A DNA stretch of 64,000 nt, taken from assembly GCA_963618275.1 (NCBI GenBank), contig CAVESC010000002.1, positions 531 to 64,530 of the forward strand, read 5' to 3'. The DNA is from Bacteroidaceae bacterium. GTDB lineage: Bacteria > Bacillota_I > Bacilli_A > Erysipelotrichales > Coprobacillaceae. Made by a program: the position numbers and the translations under genes. The notes under the pieces were generated by a model. That model worked only from the letters and a program-made list of their open reading frames with translations. It was not told where the DNA came from and made no database searches. Of the stretch, positions 22,261 through 32,351 are shown piece after piece (positions within the stretch are counted from its first letter, which is position 1; every line of letters begins with the position of its first letter).

Positions 22261-23154
22261 ATGAAATACGAAGATATCCAAACTTTTTTAGCAGTTGTTG
22301 ATACCGGAAGTATCTTAAAAGCATCTGAGATGTTGTATATTAGTCAAAGTAGTGCTAGTACACGTATTAAACAATTAGAAACAGAATTACAAACGACTTT
22401 ATTTGAAAGACATAAAGGACATCGAAAGATTTCTTTAACACTACAAGGAGAAGAATTCTTACCAATTGCTCAACAATGGTTAGCTTTATTTCAAGATGCT
22501 CTCAATTTAAAAAACATCCCAAACTATAGGATGTTAAAAATTGCTGCTACTGATCTAATCAATAATCATACATTCTTAGGTTTTTATAAATATTTTATGA
22601 TCAACCATCAAGATATTACTTTAAATATTAAAACTCATCATTCTAGTGAAATACATCGTTTAGTAGATAATCAACAATGTGATATTGGCTTTTCTAGTAA
22701 TGTTTATAATTATCCTAATCTACAAACAATGCCTTTATATGAGGAAGAACTTGTTTTACTTTACCATCAAAATCATCCATTCCATGAAAGTAAAAACAAA
22801 AAAGATTTAGATACAAAAGATGAAATATTCCAACAATTCTCTCCTGATTACTTACATTGGCATCAACATTATTTTAATTCATCTACTTATTTAATTAGTG
22901 TAGGAACGGTCTCTATGCAATTATCTTTAATGGAAGAAAAATATTGGGCAATTGTCCCTGAAAGTGCCGCTAATGATTTTATAAAAGAACATCCTGATTA
23001 TTGTATTTATCATTTTTCTAATAAATCATTAAAAAGAACAGTTTACTTACTCACTTATAAGTATCCTCGTCCAGGTGTAAAACTTGCAACAAAAATTTTT
23101 TTAGAAGAAATTAGATCATTTATTGAAGAAAACAAAAGTTTACATTTAATATAA
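22261..23154 (+). CDS. LysR family transcriptional regulator
   Basis: GSILKASEMLYISQSSASTRIKQLETEL. Confidence 0.93.
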   Translation: MKYEDIQTFLAVVDTGSILKASEMLYISQSSASTRIKQLETELQTTLFERHKGHRKISLTLQGEEFLPIAQQWLALFQDALNLKNIPNYRMLKIAATDLINNHTFLGFYKYFMINHQDITLNIKTHHSSEIHRLVDNQQCDIGFSSNVYNYPNLQTMPLYEEELVLLYHQNHPFHESKNKKDLDTKDEIFQQFSPDYLHWHQHYFNSSTYLISVGTVSMQLSLMEEKYWAIVPESAANDFIKEHPDYCIYHFSNKSLKRTVYLLTYKYPRPGVKLATKIFLEEIRSFIEENKSLHLI

Positions 23155-23352
23155 AAAACAGATTCGAAAGGGAGGGGGGAATCTGTTTTTTTAATCTATT
23201 ATTATCTTTTAAAAAGGGAAAATTTATAATTAAGTTCTAAGTTTAAGTAAGTTCTTGTTCCTCCTTTCGTCTATTATCATAAGTTAGTAATATGAACTTT
23301 ATTTAACTTTTTCATGTTTCTTCTTTGGTTGTTTTGTCAAAAATTATGTGAT
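23153..23352 (-). ncRNA. Dispersed element copy 4: promoter plus putative sRNA (about 23153-23267)
   Basis: Same architecture; -10 at 23273-23278; its terminator also abuts the LysR stop, so it may act bidirectionally. Confidence 0.7.
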
Positions 23353-23410
23353 ACCATTATCTCAAGCGATGCACCTTTGGGTGTTTTTTATTATAGAGGG
23401 AGGGGAATCT

Positions 23411-24748
23411 ATGAATAAAACACAAGATTTTACTAAGGGAGTTATTTGGAAACAATTACTTTTTTTCTTTTTTCCTATCTTAATAGGTAGCTTTTTTCAA
23501 CAACTATATAATACCGTTGATACCATTATTGTTGGTCAAGCTTGTGGGACAAATGCACTTGCTGCTGTTGGTTCAACAGGAAATCTAACAAACTTGGTTG
23601 TTAACTTTTATGTTGGTTTATCAACTGGAGCTTCTGTGGTCATTGCTCAATATTATGGAGCACATAATAAAGGAAAGATTCATCAAGCAGTTCATACTTC
23701 TTATATGCTTGCAATTGTCAGTGGAGTAATCATGATGCTTTTTGGTTTATTCTTTTCATATCAATGTTTAGATGCTATTGGTGTCCCTCATGATATTTTA
23801 AAGGATGCCAGTCTTTATATGAAACTTTATTTTTTAGGGATGATTCCTGGAGCTATTTATAATATTGGTTCAGGTATTTTAAGAGCCGTAGGGGATAGTA
23901 AAAGACCACTTTATTATTTAATTATTTGTAGTATTGTCAATGTTGTTTTTGATTTTGTTTTTGTTGTCATTTTACATAAAGGTATTGCTGGGGCAGCTAT
24001 TGCGACATTTATCGCCCAAACAGTATGTGCTATTTTAGTTACACTTCAATTGATGTTCTCTAAAGATGTTTATCAACTTAAATTATCTAAAATCAAATTT
24101 CATTTACATGTGTTAAAGAAAATCGTCCAAATTGGAGCTCCTGCTGGAATCCAATCAACCATGTATAGTATCGCTAATATCGTCTTACAAACACATATTA
24201 ATGCCTTTGGTACACAAACTATTGCTTCTTGGTCAGTCTATGTAAAAATCGATGCTTTATTTTGGATGGCCATGGCTGCTATTGGTGCAGCGATTACAAC
24301 TTTTGTAGGACAAAACTATGGTGCTCATCAATACGAACGTATTCAAAAAGGTGCAAGAACTGCTTTAGCGATTGCTTTAACAATGGCTATTTCTTTAAGT
24401 GTGATCTTATGTTTTGGCGGAAGCTTTATTACAAAACTCTTTTCATCTGATCCTGCTATTGTTGATCAATGTCAAAGTTTAATGCTCTTTTTAATGCCTT
24501 TCTATTTTTCTTATTGTTGTGTAGAAATCTTTTCAGGAACAATGAGAGGGTGTGGAGAATCTTTTAAACCTATGATTCTTGTCTGTCTTGGTATTTGTGT
24601 TTTACGTATTGCATGGGTAACATTTATTTCTCCTCATTATCCAACATTAAAAGGTGTTGTTATTTCTTATCCAATTACTTGGTTTACAACATCGTTCTTA
24701 TTTATTATTTATTACAAACATTTTAAAAAACATCATTTTGGAGCTTAA
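23411..24748 (+). CDS. MATE family efflux transporter
   Basis: PILIGSFFQQLYNTVDT, RAVGDSKRP; start at ATG 23411 after the GGGAGGGG RBS. Confidence 0.92.
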   Translation: MNKTQDFTKGVIWKQLLFFFFPILIGSFFQQLYNTVDTIIVGQACGTNALAAVGSTGNLTNLVVNFYVGLSTGASVVIAQYYGAHNKGKIHQAVHTSYMLAIVSGVIMMLFGLFFSYQCLDAIGVPHDILKDASLYMKLYFLGMIPGAIYNIGSGILRAVGDSKRPLYYLIICSIVNVVFDFVFVVILHKGIAGAAIATFIAQTVCAILVTLQLMFSKDVYQLKLSKIKFHLHVLKKIVQIGAPAGIQSTMYSIANIVLQTHINAFGTQTIASWSVYVKIDALFWMAMAAIGAAITTFVGQNYGAHQYERIQKGARTALAIALTMAISLSVILCFGGSFITKLFSSDPAIVDQCQSLMLFLMPFYFSYCCVEIFSGTMRGCGESFKPMILVCLGICVLRIAWVTFISPHYPTLKGVVISYPITWFTTSFLFIIYYKHFKKHHFGA

Positions 24749-24750
24749 TT

Positions 24751-25215
24751 ATGAGAAGAACAGATCGAGAAGTTACTGATATAAATAAAATAAAAGAAAT
24801 TATTGAAAACAATCAATGTTGTCGTTTAGGTTTTATTGATCAAGGAAGTGTTTATATTGTTCCTTTAAATTATGGTTATACTTATAATAATAAACATATC
24901 TTTTATTTTCATGGAGCAAAAGTAGGAAAGAAAATAGATTTAATTAAACAAAATAATCATGTTGGTTTTGAAATCGATAATAATCATCAACTTATTGAAG
25001 GAAATACTCCTTGCAACTATTCTATGAAATATCAAAGTATTATTGGTAATGGGTATATTGAACTGATTGAAGATAATGAAGAAAAGAAATTAGGATTACA
25101 ATTAATCATGAAAAATGTTGCTGGTAAAGAAGTGACATTTAATGATCAAATGGTAGATAGTGTTGCTGTTATAAAATTAGTAGTAGATACATTAAGTTGT
25201 AAAGAACATATATAA
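24751..25215 (+). CDS. Pyridoxamine 5'-phosphate oxidase-like (NimA-type) flavin-binding protein
   Basis: MRRTDRE, YIVPLNYG, FYFHGAKVGKK, YQSIIG. Confidence 0.88.
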   Translation: MRRTDREVTDINKIKEIIENNQCCRLGFIDQGSVYIVPLNYGYTYNNKHIFYFHGAKVGKKIDLIKQNNHVGFEIDNNHQLIEGNTPCNYSMKYQSIIGNGYIELIEDNEEKKLGLQLIMKNVAGKEVTFNDQMVDSVAVIKLVVDTLSCKEHI

Positions 25216-25252
25216 ATCAATAAAAAAAGTATCTTAAAGGTAGGTATTTATT

Positions 25253-26110
25253 ATGGCAAATAAAATAGCTAATTATGAAAAAATAGAATTAGATAAGAAT
25301 CTTCCTATTAAACTTATATACTTTTATTACGATAAACCTATTAACAGTAAAATTAGACACTGGCACCGTAGTTTAGAAATCATTATTCCTATTGTTGGTT
25401 ATACTGTCATTGAAGAAATTAATAATGGTGTCCATAATAAATTTAAAATTCAAAAAGGAGATTTTTATGTAATTAACTGTCGAAGCATTCATTCATTTGA
25501 TGCTGCAAATAGAAGTCCACTATATGAAGGATACGCTTTACAAATTAGTTATGAATATTTAGATTCTTTATGTACTATTGATAAATATCATTTTAACCAA
25601 CCAAATTTAGAAGATAAAGATGAAATATTAAATGTACTAATGAATATTATTAGTTGTTATAAAATAGATGAAACATTTATTAATATTAGAATTAGAAGCC
25701 TCATTGATCAATTGATATATTTATTAATGAAAAAGACATCAAAAAACAATGAAAAGTATTTATCTATTAAAAGTAATAAAAATAGTAATCGAATAAATCA
25801 TATTATGAAGTACATTAATAATCATTATAATGAAAATATAACAGTCTCTGACATTGCTGATTATTTAGAAATGTCTAGAACATATTTATCCAAATTATTT
25901 AAAAATAATATGGGTATCAGCATAAAAGAATATATCAGTAATATCAGACTTCAACACGCTATTAATGATTTAATTATGACTGACTATCCAATTATTGATA
26001 TTGCTCTTAATAATGGTTTTCCAAATATTAAATCATTTAATTCTTATTTCAAAAAAGAATATAAGCAATCTCCTCTAGAATATAGAAAACATAATCAAAA
26101 AAAGACATAA
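25253..26110 (+). CDS. AraC family transcriptional regulator
   Basis: N-terminal HWH cupin motif; C-terminal IALNNGFPNIKSFNSYFKK..SPLEYR. Confidence 0.92.
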   Translation: MANKIANYEKIELDKNLPIKLIYFYYDKPINSKIRHWHRSLEIIIPIVGYTVIEEINNGVHNKFKIQKGDFYVINCRSIHSFDAANRSPLYEGYALQISYEYLDSLCTIDKYHFNQPNLEDKDEILNVLMNIISCYKIDETFINIRIRSLIDQLIYLLMKKTSKNNEKYLSIKSNKNSNRINHIMKYINNHYNENITVSDIADYLEMSRTYLSKLFKNNMGISIKEYISNIRLQHAINDLIMTDYPIIDIALNNGFPNIKSFNSYFKKEYKQSPLEYRKHNQKKT

Positions 26111-26141
26111 TTACTATTTTTTGAATACAAATCGATAAGAC

Positions 26142-26155
26142 TGGAAGCGCTTTCT
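26142..26155. promoter_or_regulatory. cre/LacI-type operator
   Basis: TGGAAGCGCTTTCT resembles the cre consensus; upstream of the secreted hydrolase gene. Confidence 0.55.
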
Positions 26156-26187
26156 TCTATATAATTGGTTTTGGGAGGAAAGAAAAA

Positions 26188-27711
26188 ATGAAATTAAAAA
26201 AATTATTAGTTATGTCAGTTAGCTTGATGATGATATTAACGCTAGTAAATATTAATGTATTTGCTGAAGAAACTAAAAATGTTGCTACTGGTACTCAAAA
26301 AGTATTTGTTAAAGGATTAGATGCAGGTCCAGCTGTTACAAAGTCTATTATTAAATTAGATAAAGTAATTGATCATGAATCTGTAGATAAAGATGATTTC
26401 CAAGTAGAAGAAGAAAAGAATACAACACTAAATTACACTACAGGTGAAACAGGTATTGTAAAAAACAATAGAACTATCTTAAATGCATATACATCTAATG
26501 CAAATGGAGATAAGACAAATGAAGATTCAAACTATGTAACAATAGAAATGTATGGTTCTCCTAAAGAAGGATCTCCATTTATTTATAGTCCTATCACAGG
26601 TTTAAACAACTGGTGTAGTACTTATAAATTAAATGTTGATCTTACTGGTGAAATTACAAGTGAAGACACAACAGTCCAAGATGTATCAGTTGAGCCTAAT
26701 ATTGATGTAGCAGGAAATGATAAAATTTGTCCACAAATAGAAGAATTTAACTATGCTACATATACAGCTAAAGACAATGTTGAATATCACTATGCTGATT
26801 ATTCTCCAGCTAAAGATAACAAAAAGAATCCATTAGTTATTTGGTTACATGGTGGTGGTGAAGGTGGAATTGATCCTCAAATCACTTTACTCGCAAATAA
26901 AGCATCAAATTTTGCATCTAAAGAATTCCAAGATGAAATGAAAGGTGCATATGTATTAGTGCCTCAATGTCCAACAAAATGGATGAATGATGAAACAGGT
27001 CAATATCAATATGGTGATAAAGGTTCTGTTTATAAAGAAGGATTATTTGAATTAATCAATAATTATGTAGAAAAAAATGATGATATTGATAAAAATCGTA
27101 TTATTATTGGTGGATGTTCTAATGGTGGTTATATGACATTAGAAATGTTATTTGCACATCCTGATTATTTTTCAGCAGCTTTCCCAATTTGTGAAGCATT
27201 CTGGAATAAATATATAAGTGATGAACAAATAGATTCTATTAAAAATATTCCAATGTGGTTTACATATGCAAAAACTGATACTAATAAAGTTGCAGTGAAA
27301 GAAGAATGTTCAATTCCAACTATTGAAAGATTAAAGAAAGCAAATGCTAAAGATTTGCATGTATCAGAATTAGAAAAAGTAGTAGATGAAAGTAAACAAT
27401 TCAATAAAGATGGTTTACCATATAACAATGGTGATGAATTATATGAATATAATGGACATTGGTCTTGGATATATGCTCAAAACAATTGGCTTAAAGATGG
27501 TGATTTAACTTTATGGAGTTGGTTATCTAATCAAGTAAAAGTATCTAATAGTACTGAAAATACAACTAAACCTACAAATATGTCTAACTCAAAAAATAAT
27601 ACAGTCACTGCTTCTGTTAAAACAGGTGATAATGTTTCATTTGTTACTTATATTTCATTATTAGTATTAGCTGTAGCTGTATTTATCTCAATAAAAAAAT
27701 ATGTTTTTTAA
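26188..27711 (+). CDS. Secreted, cell-wall-anchored alpha/beta hydrolase (esterase/peptidase-like)
   Basis: Signal peptide (VFA-EE), WLHGGGEGG, VPQCP, GCSNGG nucleophile elbow, GHWSW, C-terminal VKTGD + TM + KK tail. Confidence 0.85.
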   Translation: MKLKKLLVMSVSLMMILTLVNINVFAEETKNVATGTQKVFVKGLDAGPAVTKSIIKLDKVIDHESVDKDDFQVEEEKNTTLNYTTGETGIVKNNRTILNAYTSNANGDKTNEDSNYVTIEMYGSPKEGSPFIYSPITGLNNWCSTYKLNVDLTGEITSEDTTVQDVSVEPNIDVAGNDKICPQIEEFNYATYTAKDNVEYHYADYSPAKDNKKNPLVIWLHGGGEGGIDPQITLLANKASNFASKEFQDEMKGAYVLVPQCPTKWMNDETGQYQYGDKGSVYKEGLFELINNYVEKNDDIDKNRIIIGGCSNGGYMTLEMLFAHPDYFSAAFPICEAFWNKYISDEQIDSIKNIPMWFTYAKTDTNKVAVKEECSIPTIERLKKANAKDLHVSELEKVVDESKQFNKDGLPYNNGDELYEYNGHWSWIYAQNNWLKDGDLTLWSWLSNQVKVSNSTENTTKPTNMSNSKNNTVTASVKTGDNVSFVTYISLLVLAVAVFISIKKYVF

Positions 27712-27746
27712 TAAGCATTAAAGTGGAAAGAGGGTATAACTCTTTC

Positions 27747-27789
27747 AAGGCATGGAATTTAAGATATAATCTTAAATTCATGCCTTTTT
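27747..27789 (+). terminator. Intrinsic terminator
   Basis: AAGGCATG.AATTTAAGA/TCTTAAATTCATGCCTT stem followed by a T tract. Confidence 0.8.
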
Positions 27790-27822
27790 ATTATCCTTTT
27801 TTATCACTTCTATCATAGGTGC

Positions 27823-28044
27823 AAAATATAAATGCTTTAAGCAAAACAAAGATATGGGCTTTTGTAGAAAAAAAACGATAAAATTGTTGATCCACCATCA
27901 ACTAGAGCAATAATTGAAGCATTAAAAAATAAAGATGCAAATGCTAAATTAACAAAATTTGATGGAGCAACTCATTTTGATGTTCCAGCTTTAGCATATA
28001 AAAATAGTAAACTTATAAATTGGTTAGTAAATTGTGGCAAGTAA
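27823..28044 (+). pseudogene. 3' remnant of an alpha/beta hydrolase gene
   Basis: NINALSKTKIWAFVE, frameshift in an A-run, then DKIVDPPSTRAIIEALK...FDGATHFDVP...LINWL..*; no start codon. Confidence 0.6.
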
Positions 28045-28211
28045 TACAACTTTTTGCTTTATAAAATAACATGCTATTTTTGAAATAGAGCTAATGAGAA
28101 AACATGAAAAAATCTAAGAAAAATATATTACTACATCTTTTATACAAAAAACGTAAGTGTCAATTTATAAGCATAGAATAAAAAGAACATAGTTCTATGT
28201 CTTTTTTTGTA

Positions 28212-28286
28212 GTAAGCCGGGGCATATATCTAGGTGATGAAAGTCCACTGTGAGAGTGAGCTCATTTCCCACCAATAACTAGCCAA
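28212..28286 (+). mobile_element. Group II (class C-like) intron 5' fragment A, degenerate
   Basis: GTAAGCCGGGGCAT...TGAAAGTCC...ACCAATAACTAGCC immediately after a terminator-like hairpin with T tract (28180-28208). Confidence 0.5.
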
Positions 28287-28437
28287 TATCAAGTTTCTGT
28301 TCGTACGCTCAAAAGAATTACTACACCACTTCCTTCATCCTTGCCATCACTGACAACGACTTGTGGTTCATTGCACTTGGCGGTAAATACCTGTGGTTGT
28401 TTTATCCCCAACTGAATCAGTGCCATGCCCGGCACAC
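28287..28437 (-). mobile_element. Group II (class C) intron 5' fragment B; no RT ORF or domains V/VI
   Basis: Minus strand starts GTGTGCCGGGCATGG right after the terminator AAAACCCTTCAAA/TTTGAAGGGTTTTTT and ends GAGCGTACGAACAGAAACTTGATA. Confidence 0.7.
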
Positions 28438-28626
28438 TCAAAAAACCCTTCAAAATAGGCATATTTGAAGGGTTTTATCGTTTTTAACTATCAAAGACGG
28501 AATAATAGAACAAATCAAAATGTTAGGACATCAATTATGAATGTTAGACTGATATTATTAGGTATCTTCACCTATATTTATCTTTAGTTAGGTTTTAATA
28601 AAAATAAATATTTGTACTTATGTCTT

Positions 28627-28746
28627 TTATTTTAAGTTTTTAATATTTCTTTTTATTTTTCGACAGACATTTGCGTTGTCTTTTTTTCTACTTTCTAAAT
28701 GATTTAATCTATTTTGATATATTTTTAATTTTTCTTCGTTTGTCAT
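28627..28746 (-). CDS. Small basic hypothetical protein (39 aa)
   Basis: AAAGGAG RBS; MTNEEKLKIYQNRLNHLESRKKDNANVCRKIKRNIKNLK*, 15 nt after the ABC exporter stop. Confidence 0.65.
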   Translation of the reverse strand: MTNEEKLKIYQNRLNHLESRKKDNANVCRKIKRNIKNLK

Positions 28747-28761
28747 TATTTTTTACTCCTT

Positions 28762-30621
28762 TTATTCCATTTCAAAAACTCCTGTATAGAGTTGATAATA
28801 AGTTCCTTTTTTATTTATTAGACTTTCATGATTACCACGTTCAATAATATGTCCTTTTTCAAGAACCATAATAACATCCGCATTTTGAATCGTTGATAAT
28901 CTATGGGCAATTACAAAAGAGGTTCTACCATTCATTAATTCATCCATACCCCTTTGAACCATTTTTTCTGTTCTTGTATCGATTGAAGAAGTCGCTTCAT
29001 CAAGAATCATTGCTGGTGGATTAGCGACAGCGGCCCTAGCAATCGCAAGAAGTTGTCTTTGTCCTTGGCTTAAATCTTCTCCAGCACCAACAAGTAACGT
29101 ATTATAACCATCTGGTAAACGTTGAATAAATTCATCAGCATTAGCAAGCTTAGCCGCAGCAATACATTCTTCATCACTGGCATCAAGTTTACCATAACGA
29201 ATATTTTCCATAACCGTACCTGTAAATAAACAAGTATCTTGAAGAACAATTCCTAATGAACGTCTTAAATCGGCTTTCTTTATTTTATTAATGTTGATAC
29301 CATCATAGCGAATCTTACCATCTTCAATATCATAAAAACGATTAATTAAATTAGTAATTGTGGTTTTACCAGCACCTGTCGAACCAACAAACGCTACTTT
29401 TTGTCCAGGTTTTGCATAAACAGAAACACCATGAAGAATCATTTTTTTCGTTGTATAACCAAAATCAACATCATTCATACTCACATCACCTTGAAGCTTT
29501 ACATAAGTTACTGTGCCATCATGATGAGGGTGTTTCCAAGCATAAATTCCGGTATATTCTTTTGTTTCAATTAATTTATGATTACTTTCTTTAGCGTTTA
29601 CTAAAGTAACATAACCTTCATCTGTTTCTGATTCTTCATCAATCAAATCAAAAATACGTTGGGCTCCTGCAAGAGCCATAGAAACCATGCTCATTTGTTG
29701 AGAAATTTGTTGAATAGGCATTGAAAAAGCTTTTGAAAGAGAGAGAAAAGCAACAACCACGCCTGCAGTCATACTTCCTTTTCCATGAATAACGAAAGCA
29801 CCACCAATAATCGCTAATAAAATATATTGTAAATTTCCAATTTGACTTAAAATAGGCATTAAAATATTGGCATATCTATTCGCATTTTTTGAATCTACAT
29901 AAAGTTGTTCATTTCTTGAAGCAAAACCATCCTCTGCCTTTTTTTCATGACAAAAGACTTTAACAACCTTTTGACCTTCTAACATTTCCTCAATATATCC
30001 ATTAATATTCCCTAATGAAATTTGTTGCTTAGAGAAATATCTTGTACTATGTCCAGCAATATAACGCGTAATAAATAAGATAAAAATCGTAATAATCACG
30101 ACAATGAAAGAAAGGGATAAACTATAATAAAGCATAATACAGAATGAGAAAAGAACACTCACACCACATGAAAACAATTGAGGTAAAGCTTGAGAAATAA
30201 ATTGTCTTAAAGTATCCGTATCATTTGTATAATGACTCATGATATCCCCATGACTATGGGTATCAAAATAACGAATAGGTAACGTTTGCATATGATTAAA
30301 CATATCATCACGAATGTTTTTCAAACATCCTTGTGAGATATTGACCATAAATTGACTATATAATAAGGTACAAAGAGCACCTATTAAATAAATGACCCCC
30401 ATCAATAAAAGGACGCTTATTAAACCGTTAAAAACAGGATGATCACTTAATAATAAAGGTTCAATATATTGATCAATTAAAACTTGAATAAACATCGATC
30501 CAACAGTATTTGCTGCTGTTGATATAAGGACACAAAGAGCGGCTAGAATAAACAAACCTTTTGCATGACCATAAATATAAGACATTAATCTTTTAATGGT
30601 TTTTCCATCATACTCTTTCAT
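28762..30621 (-). CDS. ABC exporter subunit (TMD+NBD), heterodimer partner with consensus site
   Basis: GSTGAGKTT, LSQGQRQ, ILDEATSSID, IAHRLST. Confidence 0.95.
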   Translation of the reverse strand: MKEYDGKTIKRLMSYIYGHAKGLFILAALCVLISTAANTVGSMFIQVLIDQYIEPLLLSDHPVFNGLISVLLLMGVIYLIGALCTLLYSQFMVNISQGCLKNIRDDMFNHMQTLPIRYFDTHSHGDIMSHYTNDTDTLRQFISQALPQLFSCGVSVLFSFCIMLYYSLSLSFIVVIITIFILFITRYIAGHSTRYFSKQQISLGNINGYIEEMLEGQKVVKVFCHEKKAEDGFASRNEQLYVDSKNANRYANILMPILSQIGNLQYILLAIIGGAFVIHGKGSMTAGVVVAFLSLSKAFSMPIQQISQQMSMVSMALAGAQRIFDLIDEESETDEGYVTLVNAKESNHKLIETKEYTGIYAWKHPHHDGTVTYVKLQGDVSMNDVDFGYTTKKMILHGVSVYAKPGQKVAFVGSTGAGKTTITNLINRFYDIEDGKIRYDGININKIKKADLRRSLGIVLQDTCLFTGTVMENIRYGKLDASDEECIAAAKLANADEFIQRLPDGYNTLLVGAGEDLSQGQRQLLAIARAAVANPPAMILDEATSSIDTRTEKMVQRGMDELMNGRTSFVIAHRLSTIQNADVIMVLEKGHIIERGNHESLINKKGTYYQLYTGVFEME

Positions 30622-32351
30622 TCATCATTCCCTCCTTTTTGTTGAGATTCATAAATTTCTTTATAAATTTTATTTGTTTTCATAAGTTCTTCATGATTAC
30701 CAATAGCATCAATATGATCTTGATCCATAACAATAATCATATCTGCATCTTGAATAGAAGAAATACGTTGAGCAATAATAATTTTCGTTGTATCAGGAAT
30801 TTCTTCATTAAATGCTTTACGAATAAGTGCATCAGTTTTAGTATCCACAGCACTTGTTGAATCATCTAAAATCAAAATCTTTGGTTTTTTAAGTAATGCA
30901 CGGGCAATACATAATCTTTGTTTTTGCCCACCTGATACGTTTGTTCCACCTTGTTCAATATACGTATCATAACCATCAGGAAGTTGTCTAATAAATTCAT
31001 CTGCTTGGGCAAGTTTACAAGCATTGACCATTTCTTCATCACTTGCCTTTTCATTACCCCAGCGTAAGTTTTCTTTAATCGTTCCTGAAAATAAAACATT
31101 TTTTTGTAAAACAACAGAAACATTATTTCTTAAAGCTTCAATTTCATAATCTTTGACATTAATTCCACCAACAGTCACCTTGCCATCAACAACATCATAA
31201 AGACGAGGAATAAGTGAAATAAGACTTGTTTTACCACTTCCAGTAGAACCAATGATTCCTACGGTTTTTCCTGAAGGAATATCAATATTAATATCTTTTA
31301 AACATAAAGTATCTTTAAAATAACCAAAGTTCACATGATCAAATGTGATATGTCCATCCTTAACATGAGTAACAGGATTTTCCTTATTTGTAAGATTACT
31401 CTTTTCATCAAGAACTTCTACAATTCTTTCTGCTGAACTTTGAGCAATCGCAATCATAACAAGGACCATAGAAAGCATCATCAAAGAAGTTAAAATTTGC
31501 ATAGCATAAATAATAAGACTCGTTAATTCTCCGGTTGTTAACTCTGTTGCTTTTGATAAGACAATCATACGTGCTCCAAACCAGAAGACTAAAATCATAC
31601 ATGCATAAACAATAAATTGCATAAAAGGGGCATTCAGTGCCATATAACGTTCTGCTTTGCAGAATGTATTAAAGAGAAGCATTGAAACTTTTTGGAATTT
31701 ACTTTTTTCATGTTCTTCTCGAACAAAGCTTTTAACAACACGGATACCACTTAAATTTTCTTGAACAACCCCATTTAAATGATCATATTGTTTAAAGACT
31801 TTTTCAAATATAGGATGTGACTTATAAACAATCCATACAAGTCCTCCGCCAAGAATAGGAATCATAATTAAAAACAAGAGGGCAAGTTTCCAATTGATGA
31901 CCCATGACATAATTAAAGCAAAAATCAACATGAGGGGTGATCTTACCGCAATACGAATAATCATCATATACGCTAATTGAATATTTGTGACATCCGTTGT
32001 TAAACGTGTCACTAAACTTGCGGTAGAAAATTTATCAATGTTCGCAAAAGAAAATCCTTGAATATGATGATACATATCCTTTCTTAAATTCTTTGCGAAC
32101 CCAGCAGATGCTTTGGCAGATTCTGCCCCTGCGCCAAAGCCAAGCGCTAGTCCAATAAGGACACAAATAGCCATCATAATTCCTAGTTTTACAAGGACAT
32201 TCATGTTTCCACCATAAATTCCTTTATCAATAATATCGGCCATAAAAAAGGGAATAATGATTTCCATTAAGACTTCAAGAGCAGCGTAAATCGCTGTTTT
32301 AATTGAAGAGGTTTTGTATTCCCTAATACTTTTTAATAATTTCTTAATCAT
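30618..32351 (-). CDS. ABC exporter subunit (TMD+NBD), heterodimer partner with degenerate site
   Basis: GSTGSGKTS, VSGGQKQR, ILDDSTSAVD, IAQRISS. Confidence 0.95.
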   Translation of the reverse strand: MIKKLLKSIREYKTSSIKTAIYAALEVLMEIIIPFFMADIIDKGIYGGNMNVLVKLGIMMAICVLIGLALGFGAGAESAKASAGFAKNLRKDMYHHIQGFSFANIDKFSTASLVTRLTTDVTNIQLAYMMIIRIAVRSPLMLIFALIMSWVINWKLALLFLIMIPILGGGLVWIVYKSHPIFEKVFKQYDHLNGVVQENLSGIRVVKSFVREEHEKSKFQKVSMLLFNTFCKAERYMALNAPFMQFIVYACMILVFWFGARMIVLSKATELTTGELTSLIIYAMQILTSLMMLSMVLVMIAIAQSSAERIVEVLDEKSNLTNKENPVTHVKDGHITFDHVNFGYFKDTLCLKDINIDIPSGKTVGIIGSTGSGKTSLISLIPRLYDVVDGKVTVGGINVKDYEIEALRNNVSVVLQKNVLFSGTIKENLRWGNEKASDEEMVNACKLAQADEFIRQLPDGYDTYIEQGGTNVSGGQKQRLCIARALLKKPKILILDDSTSAVDTKTDALIRKAFNEEIPDTTKIIIAQRISSIQDADMIIVMDQDHIDAIGNHEELMKTNKIYKEIYESQQKGGNDE

